A DNA stretch of 64,000 nt from an uncultured Acidobacteriota bacterium (GCA_963741715.1 CAVUJA010000001.1:2056205-2120204), one strand, 5' to 3'; positions 39,431-50,434 are shown, counted from the first letter of the stretch. Numbers and translations: made by a program. The notes: generated from the letters alone by a model not told the origin.

Positions 39431-39459
39431 AGGTCTGCGCCGGCTCCGAGTCCCGTGCG

Positions 39460-40722
39460 TCAGCCCCGACTCTTCTCCACCCAGACGTCGGCGAGATGGA
39501 GCAGCGTCTCCACCGCGAGTTGCATCCACTCGAGCGGGACGTATTCCTTCTTGCCGTGGAAGTTCATGCTGCCGTCGAACAGGTTCGGCGTCGGAACGCC
39601 CATGAACGACAATCGCGCGCCGTCGGTGCCGCCGCGAATCGACGTCCGCCTGGGCGTGAGGCCCGCGCGCCGGATCGCTTCCTCCGCGTAGTCGGCGACG
39701 TGCGGGTGCCGGTCCAGCACGTACTTCATGTTGCGGTAGGACTCCTTCACCTCCACCTGCGCTTTGGCGCCCGGGTACTTCCGTTCGGCCCACGCGGCCG
39801 CCGCGCGCAGCGTGTCCTCGATCTCGTGCAGCCCGTCCTCGGCGAAATCGCGCACGATGAAGCTCAGCGTCGCCTCGGAGACGTTGCCGGTGACGTTGGT
39901 CGGGTGCAGGTAGCCCGCGCGCCCCTCGGTCGTCTCGGGCGTGCGGTGCTGCGGCAGCGCCATGACGATGTCGGCCGCGACGCGAACGGCGTTGATCATC
40001 TTGCCCTTCGCGTAGCCGGGGTGAACGTCGGCGCCGCTCACGGTGACCGTGGCGCTGTCGGCGCAGAACGTCTCGCTCTCGAGTTCGCCCACGCCGGACC
40101 CGTCCACGGTGTAGGCGTAGGACGCCCCGAACCGCTTCACGTCGAAACGCTCGGTGCCGCGGCCCACCTCTTCGTCGGGCGTGAACGCCACCCGGATGGG
40201 CCCGTGGAGCCGCGACGGGTCGTCGTGCAGCCGCCACATCGCCTCGAGGATCTCGGCCACGCCCGCCTTGTCGTCGGCCCCGAGCAGCGTCGTCCCGTCG
40301 GTGGTGACGATCGTCATCCCCTTGCACGCGGCCAGGGCCGGCTCGTCCGCGGCACGGATCACGACGGACGGATCGCCAGGCAGCACGATGTCGCCGCCGT
40401 CGTAGTTCCGGTGGACCTGCGGGTTCACGTTCGTGCCCGAGACCTCGAAATACGTGTCCACGTGGCCGAGCAGGCCGATCGCCGGCACCTTGCCGAACGC
40501 GGGGTGGCCGGGCGGGATGTTCGAGGGCAGCGTGGCCATCACGTAGCCGTGCTCGTCCATCTCGGCGTCTGCCAGGCCGGCGGCCTTCAAGTCGTCCACC
40601 AGCACGCGCAGCAGGTCTTTCTGCTTCTCGGTCGAGGGGTAGGACGGCGACGTGGCGCTGGACTGGGTGTCCACGCGGACGTAGCGGCAGAAACGATCGA
40701 GCAGCGATTCACGCGGTGACAT
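39460..40722 (-). CDS. pepT: peptidase T (tripeptide aminopeptidase, M20B)
   Basis: MSPRESLLDRFCRYVRVDTQS..., GHVDT, GADDKAG, and a C-terminal IRGGTDGARLSFMGVPTPNLF are present. The long track ORF beyond 40722 is read-through. Confidence 0.88.
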   Translation of the reverse strand: MSPRESLLDRFCRYVRVDTQSSATSPSYPSTEKQKDLLRVLVDDLKAAGLADAEMDEHGYVMATLPSNIPPGHPAFGKVPAIGLLGHVDTYFEVSGTNVNPQVHRNYDGGDIVLPGDPSVVIRAADEPALAACKGMTIVTTDGTTLLGADDKAGVAEILEAMWRLHDDPSRLHGPIRVAFTPDEEVGRGTERFDVKRFGASYAYTVDGSGVGELESETFCADSATVTVSGADVHPGYAKGKMINAVRVAADIVMALPQHRTPETTEGRAGYLHPTNVTGNVSEATLSFIVRDFAEDGLHEIEDTLRAAAAWAERKYPGAKAQVEVKESYRNMKYVLDRHPHVADYAEEAIRRAGLTPRRTSIRGGTDGARLSFMGVPTPNLFDGSMNFHGKKEYVPLEWMQLAVETLLHLADVWVEKSRG

Positions 40723-40745
40723 AGATTCGGCCTCCACGGCTAACC

Positions 40746-40801
40746 GGCCTGCGACTTGCGACCTGCGGCTTGCGGCCTCCGACTTGCGGCCTGCGGCGCT
40801 G
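40746..40801. repeat. 7-bp tandem array (GCGRCYT family, about 8 units)
   Basis: The units read ggcctgc gacttgc gacctgc ggcttgc ggcctcc gacttgc ggcctgc ggcgctg. It lies in the divergent pepT-SSS gap. Confidence 0.85.
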
Positions 40802-40932
40802 TCACCCGTGACGCGGCCGCCAGTCGCAAGGCGCACGCGGCGAACCCGTTTCAGTATTGCCGCGCGCAGGGCGTAATGCAAGAATGCCCTGTCCATGGCA
40901 CAAACGCTCGGCCACCCCCCCGGAGACGCTGG

Positions 40933-42600
40933 ATGCAACTGCACGCGATCGATTACGCGGTGATCGGCCTGTACTTCCTGTTCGTCCTCGGCATCGGCGT
41001 GGCGCTGAAGCGCTACATGCGCACCAGCCTCGACTTCCTGCTCTCGGGCCGCAGCCTGGCCACCTGGATCACCGGTCTCGCGTTCCTCTCGGCGAACCTC
41101 GGCGCGCAGGAAGTCATCGGGATGGCGGCCAGCGGCGCGAAGTACGGCATCCTGACCAGCCACTTCTACTGGGTCGGCGCGATCCCGGCGATGGTGTTCG
41201 TCGGCGTCTTCATGATGCCGTTCTATTACGGCAGCCGCGCCCGCTCGGTGCCCGAGTACCTCCGGCTCCGCTTCGACGAGAAGACGCGCGGGTTCAACGC
41301 CATCTCGTTCGCGGTGATGACGATCTTCTCGTCGGGCATCAGCATGTACGCGATGGGCCTCCTCTTCCAGGAGTTCCTCGGCTGGGACATCAACCTCAGC
41401 ATCCTCGTCGCGGCGCTCGTGGTGCTCGGCTACACGTTCCTGGGCGGCCTGACCAGCTCGATCTACAACGAGGTGCTGCAGTTCTTCCTGATCGTGTTCG
41501 GCTTCCTGCCGCTGTCGCTGCTCGGCCTCGAGGCGGTCGGCTGGTGGCCCGGCCTGCAGGCGAAGCTGGACGCCGTGGCCGTCGGCCGCGGCTTCGAGGC
41601 GGGCGTGCTCACGCACTCGTGGCAGCACCTCGGGTCGGCCGGCGCGAACCCGATGGGCGTCGAGTGGTTCGGCATGGTCATGGGCCTCGCGTTCGTCCTC
41701 TCGTTCGGCTACTGGTGCACCGACTTCCTGGTGATCCAGCGCGCCATGGCGGCCAAGTCGATGAACGCCGCGCAGCGGACGCCGCTGGTGGCCGCGTTGC
41801 CGAAGATGCTGTTTCCGTTCCTCGTCATCCTGCCCGGCATGGTGATCCTCGCGCTCGTGGGCGACGCGGGCCTGGCCGACGCCGCCGGCAAGGTGGACTA
41901 CAACCGCGCCCTGCCCGTGCTGCTGCAGAAGCTCTACCCCTCCGGCCTGATGGGCCTCGGGCTCGCCGCGCTGCTCGCCAGCTTCATGTCGGGCATGGCG
42001 GGCAACGTCACCGCGTTCAACACCGTGTGGACGTACGACATCTACCAGACCTACATCAAGCCGGGCGCCGACGACGCGCACTACCTGTGGATGGCGCGGA
42101 TGGCGACCATCTTCGGCACCGCCGCGAGCATCGCCACCGCGTACGTCGCGATGATGTTCAACAACATCATGGACCTGCTGCAGCTGGTGTTCTCGTTCAT
42201 CAACGCGCCGCTGTTCGCGACGTTCCTGCTCGGCATGTTCTGGAAACGGACGACGGCGAACGGCGCGTTCTGGGGGCTGATGGGCGGCACGGGCGCGGCC
42301 GCGGTGCACTACGCGCTGACGGGCGTGGCGGGGGGGCAGCGGGCGGGCCTGCTGCACACCTACCCGAGCGACATGGCCCAGAACTTCTGGGGCGCAATCG
42401 TCGCGTGGACGGGCTGCTTCCTGCTGACGATCCTGATCACCCTGGTGACCAAGCCGCGCGACGAGAAGGACCTGGTGGGGCTGGTCTACTCGCTCACGCC
42501 GAAGCCGTCGAACGCCGGGCTGCCCTGGTTCCGCCGCCCGCTGGTGCTCGGCGCCATCGTGCTGGCGCTCACGCTGGGGCTGAATCTGTACTTCTGGTAG
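40933..42600 (+). CDS. sodium:solute symporter family (SSS) transporter
   Basis: MQLHAIDYAVIGLYFLFVLGIGVALKRYMRTSLDFLLSGRS is followed by multiple TM segments. Confidence 0.85.
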   Translation: MQLHAIDYAVIGLYFLFVLGIGVALKRYMRTSLDFLLSGRSLATWITGLAFLSANLGAQEVIGMAASGAKYGILTSHFYWVGAIPAMVFVGVFMMPFYYGSRARSVPEYLRLRFDEKTRGFNAISFAVMTIFSSGISMYAMGLLFQEFLGWDINLSILVAALVVLGYTFLGGLTSSIYNEVLQFFLIVFGFLPLSLLGLEAVGWWPGLQAKLDAVAVGRGFEAGVLTHSWQHLGSAGANPMGVEWFGMVMGLAFVLSFGYWCTDFLVIQRAMAAKSMNAAQRTPLVAALPKMLFPFLVILPGMVILALVGDAGLADAAGKVDYNRALPVLLQKLYPSGLMGLGLAALLASFMSGMAGNVTAFNTVWTYDIYQTYIKPGADDAHYLWMARMATIFGTAASIATAYVAMMFNNIMDLLQLVFSFINAPLFATFLLGMFWKRTTANGAFWGLMGGTGAAAVHYALTGVAGGQRAGLLHTYPSDMAQNFWGAIVAWTGCFLLTILITLVTKPRDEKDLVGLVYSLTPKPSNAGLPWFRRPLVLGAIVLALTLGLNLYFW

Positions 42601-42625
42601 AGCGCGTGACAACTGTGATCTTCAA

Positions 42626-42880
<255 letters not shown>

Positions 42881-42897
42881 CGAACTCACGACAAGTC

Positions 42898-45030
42898 CTA
42901 GCCCTTCGCCCTGCGCGCGTCGTAGTACAGGTAGAAACACAGCCCCACGAAGCACACCAGCGAGATGATCTGGGCCGCGTCGATGCCGGGGTCGAAGCCC
43001 ATGACGGACGGCACGTCGATCAGCTGCGCGATCGACTTGAAGTCGCCCTTCGAGGCCGGGTCGGCAATGCCCGTCTTGATCAGGTTCAGCACCGCACCCA
43101 GCACGCCTGCCAGCGCCCCGCCGGCGATGAACCCGCTGGCGATCAGCGTGCCGCGGCTGCTGCGCGCCTCGGACACCTTCGGCTCCTTGCTCGACTTGCC
43201 GACGAAGTGGGCGATGAGGCCGCCGATGAACAGCGGCGTGTTGATCTGCAGCGGCAGGTACATCCCGATGGCGAACGCCAGCGGCGGGATGCCCATCATG
43301 AGCAGCAGCAGCGACAGCACCAGCCCCACGCAGTAGAGCAGCCAGGTGACAGGCGCGTTGTCGAAGATGCCCGACAGGATCGTCGCGAACAGGTTGGCCT
43401 GCGGCGCCGGCACGCGCGGATCCAGGAAGCCGGAGACGAACTGCCCGGTGGCCGGGTCGGTGTGCCCGTACGCCTGGTGGATGAGCAGCACCGTCAGCGC
43501 CACGCCGACGGCCGCGAACAGGGTGCCGATCACTTTCGACAACTCCTGGTGGCGCGGCGTCGAGCCGAGCCAGTAGCCCACCTTCAGGTCGGTGACGAAG
43601 CCGCCCGCCATCGAGAGCGACGTGCAGACGACGGCGCCCATCACGATGGCGGCGTACTTCCCGAACTCGCCCTGCAGGCCGACCGCTACCAGCGCGCTCG
43701 ACCCGATGATGAGCGTCACCAGCGTCATCCCCGAGATCGGGTTGTTGCCGGTCATCGCCGTGGCGAGCGCGGCCACCGTGGTGAAGAGGAACGCGAAGGC
43801 GAACGCGATCCCCAGGCCGGTCAGCGCAATCTGCGGCGCCTTGCCGGCCACCGCCGCGTCGCCCTGGCTGAGCAGCACGTAGAAGAAGATCCCGATGGCG
43901 ACGGCGCACAGCACGATGCCGCCGAGCACCGTGCTCATCTTGAGGTCGCGGTCCGTGCGCGGCACCTGCTCCGAGTGGCCGTGCCGAGAGAAGATCTGCT
44001 TGAAGCCGAGGGAGAACGCCCGGACGATGGTCGGCAGCGCCTTGAGAATCCCGATGATCCCGGCCCCGGCCATCGCGCCGACGCCGACGCGCTGCGCGTA
44101 GAGCCGGAAGACCTGGTTGGCGCTCATCTCGGGGATGAAGTCCGGGAACCCGGGCAGCGGCGCGGGCGGGATGGCGAACGCCGGGATGTGCTGCCCGAAG
44201 TGGAAGACGAGCGGCACCACGATCAGCGTCGAGAAGAAGCCGCCGGCGCAGATGATGGCCGAGAAGCGCAGCCCGGTGATGTAGCCGAGGCCCACGATCA
44301 TGCTGATCGCGTTGACGCTGACCGTGGCGCGGAAGTCGGTGGCGAGCTTCTTCACCACCGGGATGAACTGGAAGTTCACGATCTCGTTCCAGGCGCGGAC
44401 CGTGACGGCCAGGAAGTCGTAGATCCCGCCCACCAGCGCCGCGACGACGAGCGTCTTCGCCTGCTCGCCGCCCTTCTCGCCGGTGACGTAGACCTCGTTG
44501 ATGGCCGTCGCCTCGGGGAACGGCAGCTTGCCGTGCTGCTCGGCGACGAAATAGCGCCGGAGCGGGATCAGGAAGAGCAGGCCGAGGAACGCGCCCAGCA
44601 CCGACACGACGAAGATGGTCAGCAGCATGGACAGCGCGCCTGGCGCGACGTTCATGATGTAGAGCGCGGGAAGCGTGAAGATCGAGCCGGCGACGATCAG
44701 CCCCGAGGCGCCGCCGATGCTCTGGACGATGACGTTCTCGAGGATCGTGTTCTTGCGCGCGAACATCCCCGAGACGCCGACCGCGAGGATGCTGATGGGG
44801 ATCGCCGCCTCCATCACCTGCGCGATCTTGAGGCCCGAGTACGTCGAGGCGACGGCGAACACCATCACCATGACGATCCCGAGGCTCACGGACCGGACGG
44901 TGAACTCCGGGACCGCCGCCCCGGCGGGCACGTACGGCTCGTAGACCTCGCCCGGCTGCAGTTCCCGGTACGCCGCCGGGTGCAGTTTGCCGCTCCCGCC
45001 CACCTGTCCGTCCTGCTGCCCTGGACTCAT
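42898..45030 (-). CDS. OPT-family oligopeptide transporter
   Basis: A 710-aa polytopic membrane protein with an OPT-like organisation and N-terminal YRELQPGEVYEPYVP.... Confidence 0.8.
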   Translation of the reverse strand: MSPGQQDGQVGGSGKLHPAAYRELQPGEVYEPYVPAGAAVPEFTVRSVSLGIVMVMVFAVASTYSGLKIAQVMEAAIPISILAVGVSGMFARKNTILENVIVQSIGGASGLIVAGSIFTLPALYIMNVAPGALSMLLTIFVVSVLGAFLGLLFLIPLRRYFVAEQHGKLPFPEATAINEVYVTGEKGGEQAKTLVVAALVGGIYDFLAVTVRAWNEIVNFQFIPVVKKLATDFRATVSVNAISMIVGLGYITGLRFSAIICAGGFFSTLIVVPLVFHFGQHIPAFAIPPAPLPGFPDFIPEMSANQVFRLYAQRVGVGAMAGAGIIGILKALPTIVRAFSLGFKQIFSRHGHSEQVPRTDRDLKMSTVLGGIVLCAVAIGIFFYVLLSQGDAAVAGKAPQIALTGLGIAFAFAFLFTTVAALATAMTGNNPISGMTLVTLIIGSSALVAVGLQGEFGKYAAIVMGAVVCTSLSMAGGFVTDLKVGYWLGSTPRHQELSKVIGTLFAAVGVALTVLLIHQAYGHTDPATGQFVSGFLDPRVPAPQANLFATILSGIFDNAPVTWLLYCVGLVLSLLLLMMGIPPLAFAIGMYLPLQINTPLFIGGLIAHFVGKSSKEPKVSEARSSRGTLIASGFIAGGALAGVLGAVLNLIKTGIADPASKGDFKSIAQLIDVPSVMGFDPGIDAAQIISLVCFVGLCFYLYYDARRAKG

Positions 45031-45443
45031 GCTCGGCCTCCTCGTGCGACGAGTGACTTGCCGGATGCTATCACGGCAGCTGGCAGCGGATCACAGATGC
45101 GCGAGGCCGGCGGCAGGCAGCGTGCAAGATTAGATGAGAGTCCACGATTCCGAGTCGTCCGCGTGCCGTGGGCCCATCGGCTTCCGACTCGCCTCCGCAC
45201 GCCGGGAAACCGTCGTCGCTCTGCACCGGTTTCCGGCGGGAAGTGCCCGGCGCGCGCTAAAGCCGTGGCTCGAGCGGCCGCGCATCGCCGGGGGAAAGGC
45301 ACCCCAACGCGGCTGCCGCGTTGGGGGCCCCGCCTGGAGGCGCACCCGCTCCTCGGTTTCCGAGCGACGTGACGGCCTGCTCCGAAGCGATTCGTCCGCC
45401 GACAGGCCCGCGCCTCACGGCCGATCCCGAATCGTGGACTTCT

Positions 45444-45545
45444 GTCTCGGTTTCTCGACTCTTTGACTCGGACTCTCGACTGTCGACTGTCGACGCTCGA
45501 CTCTCGACTGGGAACTCTTGACTTTCGACTCTCGACTCCTGACTA
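45444..45545. repeat. 7-bp tandem array (CGACTCT/CGACTGT/TGACTCT family, about 14 units)
   Basis: The sequence reads ...ctcg actcttt gactcgg actctcg actgtcg actgtcg acgctcg actctcg.... The array overlaps the cusA stop codon (45543-45545). Confidence 0.92.
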
Positions 45546-48500
45546 GACCGTCTCTGACCGTCCGAGCGCCGGCTTCACCTCGAAGTACCACTTCCAGATC
45601 TCGTAGATCGCGGGATAGACAATCAGCTCGAGCATGAACGACGTGAAGACGCCGCCGATCATCGGGGCGGCGATGCGCTTCCACACGTCCGAGCCGGTGC
45701 CCGTGGCCCACATGATCGGGATGAACCCGAGGAAGGTGGTGGCCACCGTCATGAACTTCGGGCGGAGCCGCTTGGCGGCGCCGTGGACGATGGTCTCCTG
45801 CAGCGCGGCGAGCGAGGTGAGGAGCCCCTTCTTCTTCGCGTCCTCGTAGGAGAGGTCCAGGTACAGCAGCATGAACACGCCGGTTTCGGCGTCCACGCCG
45901 AGCAGGGCGATCAGCCCCACCCACACCGCGATGCTCATGTTGTAGCCGAGCAGGTACAGGTACCAGATTGCGCCGATCGCCGAGAAGGGGACGGCGAGCG
46001 CGACGATCGCGGTCTTCACCGCCGACTTGGTGTTCAGGTATAGCAGGACCAGCACGAGGAACAGCGTGAGCGGGACGATGTACATCAGGCGCTGGCGCAC
46101 GCGCGCCATCGCCTCGTACTGGCCGCTCCAGAGGGCCGCGTAGCCGGCGGGCAGCTTCACCTTCGCGCGGAGCAGCGCGTCGGCCTCGTCCACGTAGCTG
46201 TTCAGGTCGCGGTCGGCGACGTCCACGAAGACGTAGCCGGTGAGCAGGCCGTCCTCGTCGCGCACCATACCGGGGCCGGTCGCGATCTTGATCGCGGCGA
46301 GCTGGCCGAGCGGGATCTGGCGCTGGCCGCCCGAGGCGGGCACCAGCACGCGCGAGATCGAGTCGAGGTCGGACCGGAAGTCGCGCATGTAGCGGACGTT
46401 CACCGGGTAGCGCTCGCGCCCCTCGATGGTGGTCGTGACGTTCTCGCCGCCGATCGCGTTCTGGACGACGGCCTGCGCCTCCTCGATGCTGAGGCCGTAG
46501 CGCGCCAGCTCGTCGCGGTTCCACTCGATGTCGAGGAAGAACCCGCCGCCGGTGCGCTCGGCGAAGACGTTGCGCGTGCCGCGGACCGACGGCAGGATCG
46601 CTTCGATCTGCGTGCCCAGCCGCTCGATCTCCTTCAGATCGGCGCCGGAGATCTTCAGGCCGAGCGGCGTCCGGATGCCCGTGGTCAGCATGTCGATCCG
46701 CGCCTTGATCGGCATCGTCCAGGCGTTGGAGACGCCGGGCAGTTCGAGCGCGGTGTTCAGCTGGTTGACCAGCTCCTCCTGCGAGATCCGGTCGGGCGTG
46801 ACGTGGCGGAAGACCGAGACTCAGCCAGCCGGGCGCCCAGGAGGAGTACCAAGTGTCCGCCTTGCGCCACTGGTCGGTCGGCTTGAGCGTGATGATCGTC
46901 TCGAGCATCGAGAGCGGCGCCGGGTCGGTGCTGGTGTCGGCGCGGCCGGCCTTGCCGAGCACGCGGTCCACCTCGGGGAACTGCTTGATGATCCGGTTGC
47001 TCACCTGCAGCAGCTTCTGCGCCTCGGTGATCGAGATCCCGGGCATCGTGGTCGGCATGTAGAACAGCGCGCCCTCGTCGAGCGGCGGCATGAACTCCGA
47101 GCCGAGGCGGTTGAAGACGGGGATGGTGACGACGATCATCGCCACCGCGCCGCCGATCACCCACCACTTCCAGCGCAGCGACCAGCGCACGACCGGCTCG
47201 TACAGGCGCATCAGGATGCGGCTGATCGGGTGCTCCTCTTCGGACCGAATCCGTCCGACGACCACCGTGTTGGCGACGGCGCGCAGCCACGCCGGGTTGA
47301 AGGTGTAGCGGCGGACGCGCGTGAACAGCAGCCGCAGCGCCGGGTCGAGCGTGATGGCCAGGAAGGCGGCGACGATCATCGCCAGCGTCTTCGTGTAGGC
47401 GAGCGGCTTGAACATCCGCCCTTCCTGCGCCTCCAGGGTCAGCACGGGCAGGAAGGACACCGCGATCACGAGCAGCGCGTAGAAGCTGGCGGGCGCCACC
47501 TCCTTGACGGCCTCGATGACGACTTCGTGGTAGTCGGCCGTGGAACCGGTCCTCGCGCGCTCCTCGAGCTTCTTGTGCGTCTGCTCCACCACGACGATCG
47601 CCGCGTCCACCAGCTCGCCCATCGCGATGGCGATGCCGCCCAGCGACATGATGTTGGCGGTGATGCCCATGGCGCGGAACGGGATGAACGCGATGAGCAC
47701 GGCCACCGGGATCGTGATGATCGGGATGATCGCGCTCGGGATGTGGAGCAGGAACAGGAGGATGATGAAGACGACGGTGGCGATGACCTCGAAGAGCGTC
47801 TCGGTGACGTTGCCCACGGCGCTCTTGATGAGTTCCGAGCGGTCGTAGATCGGGACAATCTGCACGCCGGGCGGCAGGCCGGGCTCGATCTGCTTGATCT
47901 TGGCCTTGACGCGGTCGATCACGTCGAGCGCGTTCTGGCCCTCGCGCATCACGATGATGCCCGACACGGCTTCGCCCGTGCCGTCCAGATCCGAGACGCC
48001 GCGGCGCAGATCCGGCCCCAGCACCACCTGGCCGATGTCGCGGATCCGGATGGGCGTGCCGCTCTCGCTCGCGGAGACGACGATGCTCTCGAAGTCGGCG
48101 ATCGACTTGGCGTAGCCGCGGCCGCGCACCATGTACTCGGTGCCGCCGAATTCGATCAGGCGCCCGCCCGTCTCCGCGTTGCCGCCTTTCACCGCCGCGA
48201 CGACCGTCTGGATCGACAGGCCGTAGTTCCGCAGGCGGTTCGGGTCGACGTTGACCTGGTACTGCCGGCCGAAGCCGCCGAGCGACGCCACTTCGGACAC
48301 GCCCGGGACGGACTTCAGGTAGTACTTCAGGTACCAGTCCTGGTACGAGCGGAGGTCGGCCAGCGAGCGCTGGCCCGAGCGATCGACGAGCACGTACTGG
48401 AACACCCAGCCGAGGCCCGTCGCGTCGGGGCCCAGTTCCGTCTTCGCGTCCTGCGGGAGCTTGCCGAGCACCCCCGACAGGTACTCGAGGGTGCGGGTGC

Positions 48501-48816
48501 GCGCCCAGTAGATGTCGGTGCCTTCGTCGAAGATCACGTAGACGAACGAGTAGCCGAAGTCGGAGAACCCGCGCACCGCCCGCACGTGCGGCGCGCCCAG
48601 CATGGCGGTGACGATCGGATACGTCACCTGGTCCTCGACGACGTCGGGGCTGCGGTCCCATCGCGAGTAGATGATGACCTGCGTGTCGCTGAGATCGGGG
48701 ATGGCGTCGAGGGGAACGGTCCGCACCGCCACCGCGCCCGCGACGGCCGCGATGGCAATCAGCAGCAGGACCAGGAACTTGTGCTCGACGGAGAAGTCGA
48801 TGACGCGGTTGATCAT
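45543..48816 (-). pseudogene. cusA: CusA/CzcA-type heavy-metal RND efflux pump, interrupted by a 1-nt insertion near 46815
   Basis: MINRVIDFSVEHKF... runs to ...WYSSWAPGWLSL in one frame. VFRHVTPDRISQEELVNQLNTALELPGVSNAWTMPIKARIDMLTTGIRTP... continues in the next frame (gene strand agtctc[g]gtcttc). The length is 3n+1. Confidence 0.88.
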
Positions 48817-48865
48817 GGTTCGGCCCCGACGTGCGACCTCTATCCGGCTTGCGGCGCCGCCATCG

Positions 48866-48928
48866 GCTTACGACTCTCGACTTTCGACTGAGGACCCTTG
48901 ACTCTCGACTCTTGACTCTCGACTACCT
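48866..48928. repeat. 7-bp tandem array (ACTCTCG/ACTTTCG/ACTCTTG, about 8 units) inside the cusB-cusA junction
   Basis: It belongs to the same family and has the same orientation as the array at 45444-45545. Confidence 0.9.
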
Positions 48929-48976
48929 GGCGTACTGCCTCGGGTTCTTCTCGAACTTCTGCTCGCACTCGAGCGA

Positions 48977-50017
48977 TCAGAAGTAATACGTCTGGCCGTC
49001 GTGCGTCACGGTCTTGCCCGCGGCGGCCGCCTTCTTGGGATCGAGGCTCATGCCGCACACGACGTCGGCGACGGACGCGGAAACCGGCCCTGCGGCCGCG
49101 GCCTTCAGGCGCGTCTCGGAATCGAGGCGGAACGTCCCGGACACGACGACGCGTTCGCCCGCCATCACGCCCTTCGTGATTTCGACCTGGTCGCCCATGC
49201 GCCAGCCCGTTTCGATGGCTCGCGGCTCGAAGTAGCCATCGCCGCGGTCCACGAACAGCGTCTTCCGCACGCCCGAGTCGATCACGGCGTCGGCCGGGAC
49301 GGTGATGGCCTCCGGCCTGTCCAGGTGCAGCACCAGGTCCACGAACAGGTCGGGGCGGAGCACGTTGCCGGGGTTGTCGAGCTCGAACCGCGTCTTGAAC
49401 ACGCGCGTCTGCGGATCGAACTGCGGGAGCACGTCGCTCATCCGCGCCTGGAACTCCCGGCCCTGGTAGGTCACCGTGGCCGTCGCGCCGGGCGTGAGGA
49501 ATTCCCGGTCCTTCTCGAAGATCTCCGCCATCACCCAGACGTGCGAGAGGTCCGAGATGAAGTACATCTCCGTCCCCTTGTCGAACCCCTGCTCGGGCAG
49601 GATGCTGCGCGAAATCACGAAGCCATTGATGGGGGAGTAGATCCTCACTTCCTGAGGCGCGACGCGCGTCTGCTGGATCTCCGAGATCTGAAGGCCGCTC
49701 ATCCCCAGGGTCCTCAGGGAGCCCACCGCCACCTGCAGGCTGAGCTGGGCGGCCGGCTCGGCCTTCCCGGCGGCATCGGCAGACACGGGCACCAGGCGCA
49801 TGCCGCACATCGGGCAATCGCCGGGACGATCCGACCGGTAGGCGGGGTGCATGGGACAGGTGTAGATCACCGCCTTCTGCTGGGCGGACGTGCCCGTCAC
49901 CGTTGAGGAGCGCCGCCCGCCAATCCACGACCCGGCCGCGAACGCGAACCCGAGACCCGCCAGGACAACGAGAAGCAGGGCAGATTCCTTCATGGCATGC
50001 GATGTAGGAGAAGGCAT
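48977..50017 (-). CDS. cusB: CusB-like RND periplasmic adaptor with a heavy-metal-binding N-terminal motif and a C-terminal YHS/TRASH domain cut by an in-frame TGA
   Basis: CPMHPAYRSDRPGDCPMCGMRLVP is followed by an MFP core. The C-terminus reads DVVCGMSLDPKKAAAAGKTVTHDGQTYYF-TGA-SLECEQKFEKNPRQYAR-TAG, so the frame continues to 48923. Confidence 0.8.
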   Translation of the reverse strand: MPSPTSHAMKESALLLVVLAGLGFAFAAGSWIGGRRSSTVTGTSAQQKAVIYTCPMHPAYRSDRPGDCPMCGMRLVPVSADAAGKAEPAAQLSLQVAVGSLRTLGMSGLQISEIQQTRVAPQEVRIYSPINGFVISRSILPEQGFDKGTEMYFISDLSHVWVMAEIFEKDREFLTPGATATVTYQGREFQARMSDVLPQFDPQTRVFKTRFELDNPGNVLRPDLFVDLVLHLDRPEAITVPADAVIDSGVRKTLFVDRGDGYFEPRAIETGWRMGDQVEITKGVMAGERVVVSGTFRLDSETRLKAAAAGPVSASVADVVCGMSLDPKKAAAAGKTVTHDGQTYYF

Positions 50018-50434
50018 CCAAGTCGATCAACAAGGATACTAGCCAAGTCAACCTCAACAGCCAATGGGACGAAGGTCCCGGTGGCGCGCAGCCCGCCACC
50101 GAGCACCCTACTTGACCCGCAGCGTGACGAGCTCCTGCCGGGCGGCGGCCGGGCGCCCATTGGAGGAATCGACTCGGGCGTCTCGTTATGAAGGCGCCTC
50201 CCCTGACGTCCGCTGCCCGGCCAGCAGGGCGGCAACCGACGCCGCGGCCGCGACCAGTATGACCGACCAGGGATGCCGTCTGCTCATGGTGATCGCCTCG
50301 TCGCCCTGCGTCGAAGAGACGCTCGGCTCAGCCATTGCGGCCCAGCTCCACCGTGGAAGCGCAGGTTCGCCGGCTGCGCGGGAGCGGGCGGCGCGGCGGC
50401 GAGCGAGGGAACGACCGCGCCGGCGCGGGCCGGG

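Noticed and set aside
50186-50287. A small hydrophobic ORF (MSRRHPWSVILVAAAASVAALLAGQRTSGEAPS) upstream of cusB on the same strand.
   Set aside because: It has only one short hydrophobic stretch, no SD and no supporting context. It cannot be distinguished from chance in GC-rich DNA.
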